In this document: positions 10,476 to 19,567 of the stretch, in pieces | Layout: each line of letters starts with the position of its first letter | Position numbering within the stretch: position 1 is the first letter of the stretch | DNA from: Bdellovibrionales bacterium | Lineage (GTDB): Bacteria > Bdellovibrionota > Bdellovibrionia > Bdellovibrionales > DASUEL01 | Assembly (NCBI GenBank): GCA_050250255.1 | Contig: JBFWOZ010000035.1 | Coordinates: forward strand, 1 to 29,541 | Length of the DNA: 29,541 bases | Direction of reading: 5' to 3' | The notes under the pieces: model-generated | The model's input: the letters and a program-made list of their open reading frames with translations, nothing else | What the model was told of the DNA's origin: nothing | The model's database searches: none | Position numbers and translations under genes: made by a program

Positions 10476-12422
10476 ATGTCGATTCAAATCATTCTACCGG
10501 ATCAATCCGTAAAACAATTTGACCATGAACCGTCCACTCTCGAAGTGGCACAAAGTATTGGTCCAAGACTCGCTCAAGCAACTCTCGCAGGACTTGTGAA
10601 TGGCGAGATCGTAGATTTACGGATGCCACTCAAATCAGGAACCAAACTCGAAATCGTCACAGACAAACATGCGATGGCAAACGAAGTCGTTCGTCACTCC
10701 GCCGCTCACATTATGGCGCAAGCGGTTCAAGAGATGTGGCCTGAGATTAAAGTGACGATTGGTCCTGTGATCGATGCGGGTTTTTATTACGACTTTGATT
10801 CACCAAGAAATTTTAGTCCCGAAGATCTCCAAAAAATCGAAAAGAAAATGGAAGAGATCGTGAAGCGTGACATTCCGATCACTCGGGAAGAATGGTCTTC
10901 TGAAAAAGCCATCGAAGTTTTTGGCAAAATGGGTGAGAACTTCAAAGTCGAAATCATTCAGGATCTCAAAACTTCGGTCGTTTCGGTTTACCGACAAGGA
11001 GAGTGGTTTGATCTCTGTCGCGGACCTCACGTACAAAAAACAGGTGATGTAAAGGCCGTGAAAGTACTTTCGCTTGCGGGCGCATACTGGCGCGGAGACG
11101 AAAAAAATAAACAGCTTCAACGTGTTTACGGAACTGCCTTTGTCAGTAAAAAAGATTTAGAACATCATATGAAGCTTCTCGAAGAAGCTCAAAAACGAGA
11201 TCATCGTAAGCTTGGCAAAGAGCTTGGCCTTTTTCACTTCCATCAATGGGCGCCAGGTTCACCATTTTTTACTCCAAAAGGATCTCTCGTTTATCACGAG
11301 CTTCAAAGATATCTCCGTGAGCTCTACGTAAAGTATGGCTATGAAGAAGTGATCACTCCGCAAGTTTTTGATGTAGAACTCTATAATACTTCAGGCCACA
11401 CGGAACATTATAAAGACAATATGTACTTCACCGAAATCGACGAACGCGATTTTTCGATGAAGCCCATGAACTGTCCGGGCCACTGTCTCCTTTACGGAAT
11501 GGATCACAGATCTTACCGTGATCTTCCTTGGCGAGTGGCCGACTTCGGTAGGCTCCATCGCTATGAGCGCAGTGGAGTGATGCATGGACTGACTCGGGTT
11601 CGTAGTTTCTGCCAAGATGACGCTCATATTTTTTGTTCCGTAGAGCAGCTTGAAAAAGAAATCGCCGGGTTCATGAATCTCTTCGATGAGGTTTATAAAA
11701 CTCTCGGTATGACAAACTACAAAATTTTCTTGAGCACTCGTCCTGAGAGCAAGCTCGGAAGTGACGAAGTCTGGGATAAAGCCGAAGGCGCTCTTGCGAA
11801 CGCTCTTAAAAGCTTGAAGCTTCCCTATCAGGTCAATCCCGGCGATGGAGCTTTCTACGGACCAAAGCTTGATTTCCTCTTCAGTGATGCGATCGAACGA
11901 AAATGGCAGCTCGGAACATGTCAGCTCGATTTCCAATTGCCAGAGCGATTTAAATTAAAATTCATTGGTGAAGATAATAGTGAACATCGACCCGTGATGA
12001 TTCACCGAGCGGTCCTAGGATCTCTCGAACGCTTTATTGGTGTTTACATCGAGCATTGTGCCGGGAGATTCCCAACGTGGCTTGCACCTCAGCAGGTCGC
12101 CATTATCAATGTTACGGAGAAGCAAAGCCCTTACGGTGAAGAGCTTGAACGTGATTTCAAAGCTCTCGGCATTCGCGCACATTTTGATAAGCGAAACGAA
12201 AAACTAGGATACAAGATCCGAGAAGCTCAACTTCAAAAGACTCCCTACATGATCGTCATTGGGGATAAAGAAGTTGAGAGCAAAACCGTGACTGTTCGAC
12301 TACGTAACGGTCAAAATTTTGAAGCGATTAAAAAAGAAAAAGTGATCCAGATGATTAAAGAGGAGATCGAGCAAAGGTTGCTTGATAGTCCTATGAATAT
12401 TAACCAGGAGGCTACACCATAA
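10476..12422 (+). CDS. thrS: Threonine--tRNA ligase
   Basis: TGS domain, RHSAAH, DLCRGPH, RDHRKLG, KPMNCPGH, HRAVLGSLERF and anticodon-binding domain. Confidence 0.98.
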   Translation: MSIQIILPDQSVKQFDHEPSTLEVAQSIGPRLAQATLAGLVNGEIVDLRMPLKSGTKLEIVTDKHAMANEVVRHSAAHIMAQAVQEMWPEIKVTIGPVIDAGFYYDFDSPRNFSPEDLQKIEKKMEEIVKRDIPITREEWSSEKAIEVFGKMGENFKVEIIQDLKTSVVSVYRQGEWFDLCRGPHVQKTGDVKAVKVLSLAGAYWRGDEKNKQLQRVYGTAFVSKKDLEHHMKLLEEAQKRDHRKLGKELGLFHFHQWAPGSPFFTPKGSLVYHELQRYLRELYVKYGYEEVITPQVFDVELYNTSGHTEHYKDNMYFTEIDERDFSMKPMNCPGHCLLYGMDHRSYRDLPWRVADFGRLHRYERSGVMHGLTRVRSFCQDDAHIFCSVEQLEKEIAGFMNLFDEVYKTLGMTNYKIFLSTRPESKLGSDEVWDKAEGALANALKSLKLPYQVNPGDGAFYGPKLDFLFSDAIERKWQLGTCQLDFQLPERFKLKFIGEDNSEHRPVMIHRAVLGSLERFIGVYIEHCAGRFPTWLAPQQVAIINVTEKQSPYGEELERDFKALGIRAHFDKRNEKLGYKIREAQLQKTPYMIVIGDKEVESKTVTVRLRNGQNFEAIKKEKVIQMIKEEIEQRLLDSPMNINQEATP

Positions 12423-13054
12423 AAAACTTTGGTCGAGAAAAAGAAAAAGGATTTCGCATTAACCATGAGATCCGTGCACCACAGGTGCGAGTGATTAGCG
12501 ATGACGGAAAAATGCTCGGAGTTTTCGCTGTTCCCGAAGCCGTTCGACTCGCGCAAGATAAGGGATTAGATCTGATTGAAGTGGTACCTACAGCCACACC
12601 ACCTACTTGTAAAATCATGGATTACGGCAAGTACAAGTACGAGATGAAGAAGAAGACTCAAGAGTCTCGTAAAAAACAAGTCGAAATCGAAATTAAGGAA
12701 TTACAACTTAGACCAAGAACAGAACAGCACGACCTCGATACAAAACTTCGCCATGCTCGCAGATTTTTAGAAGAAGGCGACAAAGTAAAGTTCAACCTTC
12801 GTTTTAAGGGTCGTGAGATGGCCTACCTCGAGATGGGTCATAACGCTCTCAAAAAAGTGATGGCCGCTCTCGCTGATATCGCAATCGTCGAAGCCACACC
12901 GAAACTCGAAGGTAAGCAATTATTCGCCCTCCTCGCTCCAGATCCAGCCAAGATCAAAGAGTTTAAGGCCAAAAAGCCTAAAACCGACGCCGAAAAAGCT
13001 CAGGAAGCCAAAGAGCTTGCAGCCGGTGACGACGCCGATGAGGCCGAAGCTTAG
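12419..13054 (+). CDS. infC: Translation initiation factor IF-3, probable non-canonical ATA start
   Basis: IF3 motifs (PPTCKIMDYGKYKYE, GDKVK...FKGRE). The frame extends upstream of the listed 12485 start through RINHEIRAPQVR to ATA 12419, 7 nt after SD aggagg (12406-12411). Confidence 0.93.
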   Translation: MKNFGREKEKGFRINHEIRAPQVRVISDDGKMLGVFAVPEAVRLAQDKGLDLIEVVPTATPPTCKIMDYGKYKYEMKKKTQESRKKQVEIEIKELQLRPRTEQHDLDTKLRHARRFLEEGDKVKFNLRFKGREMAYLEMGHNALKKVMAALADIAIVEATPKLEGKQLFALLAPDPAKIKEFKAKKPKTDAEKAQEAKELAAGDDADEAEA

Positions 13055-13077
13055 AAATCTCATTTTTTATTGTACTT

Positions 13078-13109
13078 AAAAAAAAGGCTGCCAAATGGCG
13101 GCCTTTTTT
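13078..13109. terminator. Bidirectional intrinsic terminator between infC and the convergent small gene
   Basis: aaaaaaaa-ggctgcc-aaat-ggcggcc-tttttt: GC stem (one G-U pair) flanked by A and T tracts. Confidence 0.85.
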
Positions 13110-13133
13110 ATGAGATTCGGCGAATTTTAATTT

Positions 13134-13373
13134 TTATTGAATCTTTAGAATAGCGACAGCAGTGGCAATGATAGCGGTGACAAGAGCGCCAAGCTTAATA
13201 ATAAGCCTGTATTCCATCTTCTGCATTTCATCCTTTAATTCTTTAATATCCTGTTTTGTTGCCAAATCGCCCTCGACAATTTCTGCCATGATTTGAATAT
13301 GCGCTTCCGCTTGATCTCTCGGAATACCAGCGTCTTCCAATTTCTTCGCATACCGTAACGTATTAAATACCAT
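13134..13373 (-). CDS. DUF1640/CCDC90-like small coiled-coil protein with C-terminal TM anchor
   Basis: FNTLRYAKKLEDAGIPRDQAEA...LATKQDI pattern; ATG at 13373 with SD ggaggt on the minus strand (13377-13382). Confidence 0.8.
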   Translation of the reverse strand: MVFNTLRYAKKLEDAGIPRDQAEAHIQIMAEIVEGDLATKQDIKELKDEMQKMEYRLIIKLGALVTAIIATAVAILKIQ

Positions 13374-13667
13374 TTTACCTCCTGGGTTGCTGAAGATCCA
13401 GTGCAAGCTTGTTTTGGGCGTGAAAGCCTGTTTATTTTGATTTGAGGCAAGTTTTTAAGCGATATTCGATGCGATGACCTTACTTAAAGATAAAAAGTGT
13501 GCTTTTACTTATCAGAATATCGGCTAAAAATTCAAAGAGTTGCGTTAAAAAATCTGGCCAACCTATTGAAAATACGCTAATTTGCCTTCGAATCAATTCC
13601 CTGACATGGGCCCATTAAGAGTCATTGCACTCTCTTCGAGAGTAAAATATGGCCGCCCTGACAGTGG

Positions 13668-13778
13668 CTCATCGACTATGAGGGACAGCGAATGGCGTAA
13701 GCCAAAGAAGCAGTCCATTTGAAAAATTAAACGAAAACCTCTCAAGACTTTAAAAGAGTCTTGGGCGATATATTTTTT
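13668..13778 (+). promoter_or_regulatory. Candidate structured leader of rpmI-rplT (possible L20 r-leader)
   Basis: Three consecutive hairpins (13668-13682, 13683-13716 with GUAA tetraloop, 13741-13765) then a T tract immediately before the rpmI SD. Confidence 0.45.
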
Positions 13779-13791
13779 AAAGGAGTGCTAT

Positions 13792-13986
13792 ATGCCAAAG
13801 TCAAAAACACACTCCGGTGCAAAAAAGCGATTGAAGCTTTTGCCTGGAGGAAAAGTCAAAAGAAAGAAGATGAATCGTCGTCACTGTCTTGCTGCTAAAA
13901 ATCACAAACGTAAACGTCACCTTGCGAAGAGCACATACGTAGACGATGCGAACTTAGCTCAAACTCGAAGACTATTATTATTTTAA
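13792..13986 (+). CDS. rpmI: 50S ribosomal protein L35
   Basis: MPKSKTHSGAKKR, 64 aa, basic, SD aaggag. Confidence 0.97.
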   Translation: MPKSKTHSGAKKRLKLLPGGKVKRKKMNRRHCLAAKNHKRKRHLAKSTYVDDANLAQTRRLLLF

Positions 13987-14000
13987 TTTAGGAGGATACT

Positions 14001-14354
14001 ATGCCACGCGCAAAAGGTGGGCCCAAAACCCGCCGTAGACATAAAAAGATATTAAAGCGAGCGAGCGGATATTATTCCTCAGCGAGCCGTCTCTTCACAC
14101 AAGCTATCGAAAGGTCTGATCGTGCATTAGCATTTGCTTTTCGCGACAGAAAAGTTCGAAAGCGAAAATTCAGAAACCTTTGGACAATTCGTATCAATGC
14201 AGCAGCACGTGCGAATGGAACAACTTACTCTCGTTTGATGGGCGCTTTAAAAGTGGCTGGTATCGAACTGGATCGTAAGGTTCTTGCCGACATGGCAGTT
14301 CGTGATCAAGATGGTTTCTCAAGATTGGTTCAGCAAGCTCAAGTTGCGAAGTAA
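14001..14354 (+). CDS. rplT: 50S ribosomal protein L20
   Basis: RDRKVRKRKFRNLWTIRINAAAR and LDRKVLADMA motifs. Confidence 0.98.
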   Translation: MPRAKGGPKTRRRHKKILKRASGYYSSASRLFTQAIERSDRALAFAFRDRKVRKRKFRNLWTIRINAAARANGTTYSRLMGALKVAGIELDRKVLADMAVRDQDGFSRLVQQAQVAK

Positions 14355-14366
14355 CGGATTCATCTG

Positions 14367-15413
14367 TTGAAATCAAGCGACGCTTTTGATCCTCAGTTTG
14401 AGAGTAGAAAGCGAGATCATATTCGTTTGGCTTTGAGTGAGAAAAATCAGGCCAAAGGTTTAACGGGATTAGATTTGGTGCGCCTCCGTCATGAGGCGCT
14501 TCCAGAATTAAATTTTTCCGAGGTCTCCCTGACTACAACATTTCTGAACCAAATGGTTCCGGTGCCGGTCTACGTAAATTCGATGACTGCAGGTCACGAA
14601 CAAGGAAAAAAACTCAACCAACTCATGGCTTCCGTTTGCGGTGAACGCGGATGGGTGATGGGAGTTGGATCTCAACGACGACAACTCAGTCAAACTTCTG
14701 ATTCAGCAGCTGATACCGAAATGCAACTTCTGAAACAACAAAATCCTCGTACAAAATTTATGGGCAATCTTGGCCTCTCTCAATTGATTGAGCAAGGTCC
14801 AGAGGTTGTGCAGCGTTTGGTAGATTCTGTTGAAGCCATCGCGATGATCATTCATACGAACCCGCTTCAGGAAAGTCTTCAGCCCGAAGGAACTCCACAA
14901 TTTAAAGGTGGCCTTCAGGCATTGGAAAAACTTTGTAAGGCCTTGTCGGTCCCTGTGGTCCTTAAAGAGACGGGCTGTGGTTTTTCTTCGGAGACAGTTC
15001 GTAAACTTCAAGGAATCGGTATTGCCGCTCTTGATGTGAGTGGTCTTGGTGGAACTCATTGGGGTCGTATAGAAGGCGATCGCGCCGATGAACGTTCGGT
15101 TCAGGCAAAGGCCGCTGTGACGCTTCAAAATTGGGGACTCAGCACCGTTGAAAGTTTAGCGGGAGCACTAGAGGTAAAACCGTCTTTTGAAGTCTGGGCT
15201 TCTGGTGGAGTTCGTACGGGGCTTGATGCCGCGAAACTCATAGCTTTAGGAGCGGATGCCGTAGGGCTCGCCCAACCTATTCTAGCTGCGGCACTTCAAG
15301 GTGAAAAGGCTTTGTCTGACTTTATGGAGCTTGTAGAATTTGAACTGAAGACGATTTTATTTTGCACAGGCTCACGTCGAGTGAGTGATTTGCGGGGAAA
15401 GTGGATGTTATGA
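14367..15413 (+). CDS. fni: Type 2 isopentenyl-diphosphate delta-isomerase (FMN-dependent)
   Basis: RKRDHI, HEALPE, SMTAG, GVGSQR, NPLQE..QPEG, KETGCG, GGTHW, ASGGVRTG. The TTG start position is uncertain. Confidence 0.94.
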   Translation: MKSSDAFDPQFESRKRDHIRLALSEKNQAKGLTGLDLVRLRHEALPELNFSEVSLTTTFLNQMVPVPVYVNSMTAGHEQGKKLNQLMASVCGERGWVMGVGSQRRQLSQTSDSAADTEMQLLKQQNPRTKFMGNLGLSQLIEQGPEVVQRLVDSVEAIAMIIHTNPLQESLQPEGTPQFKGGLQALEKLCKALSVPVVLKETGCGFSSETVRKLQGIGIAALDVSGLGGTHWGRIEGDRADERSVQAKAAVTLQNWGLSTVESLAGALEVKPSFEVWASGGVRTGLDAAKLIALGADAVGLAQPILAAALQGEKALSDFMELVEFELKTILFCTGSRRVSDLRGKWML

Positions 15414-16759
15414 GTGACGTTACAAGTACAGGCATAAATTCTACAAAAATCAATCTGAGTGGATTTGCAAAACTCAATCGCATCGAACGCATTCAGAAAT
15501 TAGAAGAGTTGGGTCTGCTAGAGGGTGATGATGTGGATTTGCTCATGCGCGAACGAACTCTTGATCCCATCTTAGCCGAAAGCTTTATTGAAAACGTCAT
15601 TGGTTACTTCCAGATTCCGCTGGGCGTGGCGACAAACTTTCGTATCGATCAAAAAGATTATGTCATTCCCATGGCGGTAGAAGAAACATCCATCATTGCG
15701 GCGGCGAGCGCGACCGCAAAATGGGTAAGAGATCATGGCGAAGTCACGACAGATGTTTCTGGAAAAAATGTGATCGGCCAAATTCAAATCGGTCGCTGCA
15801 AAGATCTCATCACAACTAAAAAAATTATCGAAGAAAATAAAAAAATGCTTCTTCGCGAGGCGAATTTCGTAGCCGAAGGCCTTGTGAGACGCGGCGGTGG
15901 AGTGAAGGACCTAGAAATCCGTATCGTTCCTCGTTCTGACCAAACAACAAATCTCGAAAACTTACTGCCTGAAAATTCCATGATGGTCATTCACGTGCAT
16001 GCCGATGCCCGTGATGCCATGGGCGCAAATATTCTGAATCAGGTCTGCGAAGCTTTAAAAAATCCGATTCAAGATTTGACCGGTGAAAAAGTCACCATGT
16101 GCATTCTTTCGAATCTGGTAGATACAAAGCTCACACGAGCAGAAGTTCGCATTTTTGGTATTGAGCCAGAGCTTGCAGAACGAATTGAAGAAGCTTCGCT
16201 TTTTGCTTGGCAAGATCCTTATCGAGCGGCCACGAACAACAAAGGAATTCTCAACGGCATCGATGCCATGGTTGTTGCGACCGGCAATGATTGGCGTGCG
16301 GTAGAAGCCGGCATGCATGCCTACGCAGTGAAAGAGGGGCGTTATCGCACTCTCAGTCGCTGGAAGCGTGAAGGAGATGATCTTGTTGGTATAATGGAAG
16401 CACCTATTGTTGTGGGTACTGTTGGTGGAGTGACTCGTCTCCATCCCATGGCGCGTATGAGTTTAAAACTGATGGGTATTACCTCTGCGGAACATCTCTC
16501 ACGCCTCATGGCAGCGGTAGGGCTTGTACAAAATCTTGGTGCGCTTAAAGCACTTTCCACTGTAGGGATTGTTCAAGGACACATGCGCTTACATACTACA
16601 AATTTAGCTCTCGCAGCGGGAGCCGCAAAAGAAGAGATCCCGGATATTCGTCGTGAACTCGAAGCACTGTTATTAAAAAATCGTCGCATAAGTCATTCGC
16701 AGGCGGTGGAAGTTTTAGAAAAATACAGGCGGTCACATGTATCAACTCTCAGTCCCTAG
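15410..16759 (+). CDS. mvaA: Class II hydroxymethylglutaryl-CoA reductase
   Basis: IENVIG, PMAVEETS, DAMGAN, RAATNNKG, GNDWRAVEAG, GHMRLH. ATG 15410 overlaps the fni stop (ATGA). Confidence 0.94.
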   Translation: MSDVTSTGINSTKINLSGFAKLNRIERIQKLEELGLLEGDDVDLLMRERTLDPILAESFIENVIGYFQIPLGVATNFRIDQKDYVIPMAVEETSIIAAASATAKWVRDHGEVTTDVSGKNVIGQIQIGRCKDLITTKKIIEENKKMLLREANFVAEGLVRRGGGVKDLEIRIVPRSDQTTNLENLLPENSMMVIHVHADARDAMGANILNQVCEALKNPIQDLTGEKVTMCILSNLVDTKLTRAEVRIFGIEPELAERIEEASLFAWQDPYRAATNNKGILNGIDAMVVATGNDWRAVEAGMHAYAVKEGRYRTLSRWKREGDDLVGIMEAPIVVGTVGGVTRLHPMARMSLKLMGITSAEHLSRLMAAVGLVQNLGALKALSTVGIVQGHMRLHTTNLALAAGAAKEEIPDIRRELEALLLKNRRISHSQAVEVLEKYRRSHVSTLSP

Positions 16760-17672
16760 TAAGACATTTTTAGTAGGTGAGTACGTGGCTCTTCAGGGTG
16801 GGCCCGCATTGGTTCTGAATACAGAGCCACGATTTCAGTTGATGGTGACAGACCGGGTTCCGGGGACGAGCACATTTCATACCCAACATACAGATTTAAG
16901 AAGAACTGAAAATCCTTATATTCAGCGTATTTTAGCGGATAACTTTTTTGATTCTTATGACTTTGGTTTTCAAGATCCTTTTTATGGTCGTGGTGGGCTT
17001 GGCGCTTCGAGTGCACAACTTGTCATGCTCCTTGGTTTTAAAGCTTGGAAATTAACAGGTCAGTGGGAAATTTCAGAAATCCTTTCGTGCTTAAGACAAT
17101 TCGATGGATACCGTGGAAGTGGTTACGATGCGATTTCGCAATTAACTGGCGGAGTATCTCATATCGAAAGTGGATGTGAACATTATAAGGCAACGGAATG
17201 GCCATGGTTAGACTATGAGCCTATCCTGATTCGTGGACCTAAGAAGACTGTTACTCATGAACATCTTGCTGAGCTTAAAGAGAAAAATTTGGTGACGTTA
17301 CATAATATCTCTCGCGAGACAATTAAGTCCTACATTGATAAAAATCTAGAGGGTTTTGCAAAAGGCATTTCTGATTTTAGCGAAGAGCAATCTCGCTTAG
17401 GATTATTATCTTCTGAAACTCAAACGGCGATTGAAACTTTTAAAGCGGATTCTATGGTAAAAGTTGCTCGTGGTTGTGGAGCACTTGGAAGTGACACACT
17501 GATGTTGATTGTAAATCGTAGGCGCAATCCACGATGGGATTTACAGCTGAAAGAAAAACATGAAGTATTACCGACGCTCATCAGTCGCGGTTTAAGAGTG
17601 GCTCAAACACGTATGATGACCGGTCGACCGACGGTAGGTCTTGCAAACTTGTTGATGGGTTTAGATCGATGA
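16737..17672 (+). CDS. Divergent GHMP kinase, probable phosphomevalonate kinase
   Basis: PSKTFLVGEY, GGLGASSA, GSGYD and GCGALGSD motifs. Function is inferred from the otherwise unfilled step in the cluster. Confidence 0.7.
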   Translation: MYQLSVPSKTFLVGEYVALQGGPALVLNTEPRFQLMVTDRVPGTSTFHTQHTDLRRTENPYIQRILADNFFDSYDFGFQDPFYGRGGLGASSAQLVMLLGFKAWKLTGQWEISEILSCLRQFDGYRGSGYDAISQLTGGVSHIESGCEHYKATEWPWLDYEPILIRGPKKTVTHEHLAELKEKNLVTLHNISRETIKSYIDKNLEGFAKGISDFSEEQSRLGLLSSETQTAIETFKADSMVKVARGCGALGSDTLMLIVNRRRNPRWDLQLKEKHEVLPTLISRGLRVAQTRMMTGRPTVGLANLLMGLDR

Positions 17673-18643
17673 TCTCCAGGGCTCACGCTCCGTCTAATAT
17701 AGCCTTCATAAAATATATGGGGAAGGAAGCGGCTAATAAGCCCGCGAACAGTTCCCTAAGTTATACCCTTCCGCGTTTTTGGACTTATGTTGAAGTCGAA
17801 TCTTCTCAAGAGGATCTATGGCAGCCGGTGGCAGCTAAAAATGTATTGCAGTATCTTGAAGAAAAGAGAATGGAAGAAACTCCACTTCTTAAAACTTTCT
17901 TAGAAAAACAAGAGCGACTCAACGAGCGAGAAAGCCGTAAGTATTTAGGTTTTGTGCAAGTCCTTAAACAAGAGCTCGGAATTACTGATTTTTTAACGGT
18001 GAGGTCATTTAATAATTTTCCAAAAAGTTGCGGGCTTGCGAGTTCCGCTTCAAGCTTTGCGGCTTTAACAAAAGCTGTGGTGACCTTTTCTGGAAAAAAT
18101 CTTTCTCTAGAAGAAATGGCTCTGCTCAGCCGTCGTGGATCAGGATCTTCTTGTCGCTCTTTTTTTGAACCTTGGGCTTTATGGAATGAAAATTCGATAA
18201 AGGCTATAGATCTGGGTTCTGATTGGCTTCATCAAGTGGTGATTGTAGATCAGAGTGAAAAGAAAGTGTCTTCTTCTCAGGCTCACGACAGAGTGCGCAC
18301 GAGTCAGCTTTTTGAGGGACGTAAAGAGAGAGTGGAGCGTCGTCTTGAAGATTTCCTTCAAGCTATCGAAACTAAGAATTGGACGATGGCCTTTCATGTT
18401 TCTTGGAATGAATTCTGGGATATGCATGCACTTTTTGAAACGGCTCAGCCAAGCTTTGGTTACATGACTCCCAAGACACTCGAAGTTCTCAATGTTTTAC
18501 GCCGATATTGGGAAAAAGAAGGTGTAGGTCCTCTCGTAACGATGGATGCTGGAGCGAATATCCATTTGCTTTATCGGCCTGAATGGGTCGACCATCAGCA
18601 AAAAGTCGGAAAGGCACTCTCCTCCTTCAGCGTGCTTTCGTGA
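17669..18643 (+). CDS. mvaD: Diphosphomevalonate decarboxylase
   Basis: APSNIAFIKYMGK, NNFP..CGLASSAS, SRRGSGSSCRS and TMDAGANIH motifs. Confidence 0.94.
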   Translation: MISRAHAPSNIAFIKYMGKEAANKPANSSLSYTLPRFWTYVEVESSQEDLWQPVAAKNVLQYLEEKRMEETPLLKTFLEKQERLNERESRKYLGFVQVLKQELGITDFLTVRSFNNFPKSCGLASSASSFAALTKAVVTFSGKNLSLEEMALLSRRGSGSSCRSFFEPWALWNENSIKAIDLGSDWLHQVVIVDQSEKKVSSSQAHDRVRTSQLFEGRKERVERRLEDFLQAIETKNWTMAFHVSWNEFWDMHALFETAQPSFGYMTPKTLEVLNVLRRYWEKEGVGPLVTMDAGANIHLLYRPEWVDHQQKVGKALSSFSVLS

Positions 18644-19539
18644 AAGATTTTTCGATAAAAACTTATGGAAAATTTATTTTAGCAGGTGAACACGCGGTGA
18701 TTCGCGGTGGGCCAGCTTTGGTTTTTCCACTCTTAAGTCGAAGTTTAGAATTAAAATTTCAAAGAGGGTCACAGGCCTTTCAAATTATTGAAGCTTCTGC
18801 GGAAGAAAAAGAAGTGTTTGAAAAGCTCTTGAGTCGTTCTCTTGAAATTTTAGGACACAAAAGAGAAGACCTGAAAGGTGTACTTCAAATTTCTAACCAA
18901 ATTCCCATAGGATCAGGTCTCGGAGCTTCAGCCGCACTTTGTGTAGCATTAGCGAGATGGTTTGAAAGTTTAGGTTGGGTCAAACAAGAGAATCTGCAAA
19001 AGTTTGCTCAGCAATTAGAAAATGTCTTTCATGGCGAGAGCAGTGGGGTGGATGTTGCCGTATCTCTGCAAGGTCAGGGAATTCATTACGAACGAAATAA
19101 AGATGCTTATCCTCTGTCTGTGAACAATAACTTAGGTGGACAATTTTATCTCTCCTACTCTGGGCATCGGGGAAAAACTTCTGACTGTGTTACTCAAGTA
19201 AAAAAGAAATTTGAACTGGAACCCGCCAAGTACCAAAAAGTGGATGATGAAATGATTCAAGCCGCACAGTCTCTTGAAATAGCATTAACAAATCCAATCA
19301 CTGACCGAAGAGAAAAAATCGTTCAGTCCATGCAGCAAGCGAAAAATTGTTTTGTTGAATGGGGGTTAATCAATGATTCCTTGTCGTCTCACCTTTCAAA
19401 TTTGCAAGAAGCAGGGGCTCTAGCTACGAAGCCCACAGGTTCTGGCGGTGGTGGTTATGTCCTTAGTTTTTGGGATAAAATTCCCCCAAAAAATCTACTT
19501 CTTATCCCTGCACCCTTGAGCCAAATCTCTACTGATTAG
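18640..19539 (+). CDS. mvk: Mevalonate kinase
   Basis: GKFILAGEHAV, IPIGSGLGASAA, ENVFHGESSGVD, KPTGSGGGG. GTG 18640 overlaps the mvaD stop. Confidence 0.88.
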   Translation: MKDFSIKTYGKFILAGEHAVIRGGPALVFPLLSRSLELKFQRGSQAFQIIEASAEEKEVFEKLLSRSLEILGHKREDLKGVLQISNQIPIGSGLGASAALCVALARWFESLGWVKQENLQKFAQQLENVFHGESSGVDVAVSLQGQGIHYERNKDAYPLSVNNNLGGQFYLSYSGHRGKTSDCVTQVKKKFELEPAKYQKVDDEMIQAAQSLEIALTNPITDRREKIVQSMQQAKNCFVEWGLINDSLSSHLSNLQEAGALATKPTGSGGGGYVLSFWDKIPPKNLLLIPAPLSQISTD

Positions 19540-19567
19540 TGGTCTTCAGCTTGCATGGTATTGGGAT

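Noticed and set aside
13683..13716. SRP RNA, suggested by a GNRA loop and GAAGCAG
   Set aside because: Lacks the CAGG..GNRA..AGCA symmetric loop spacing and the long closing helix.
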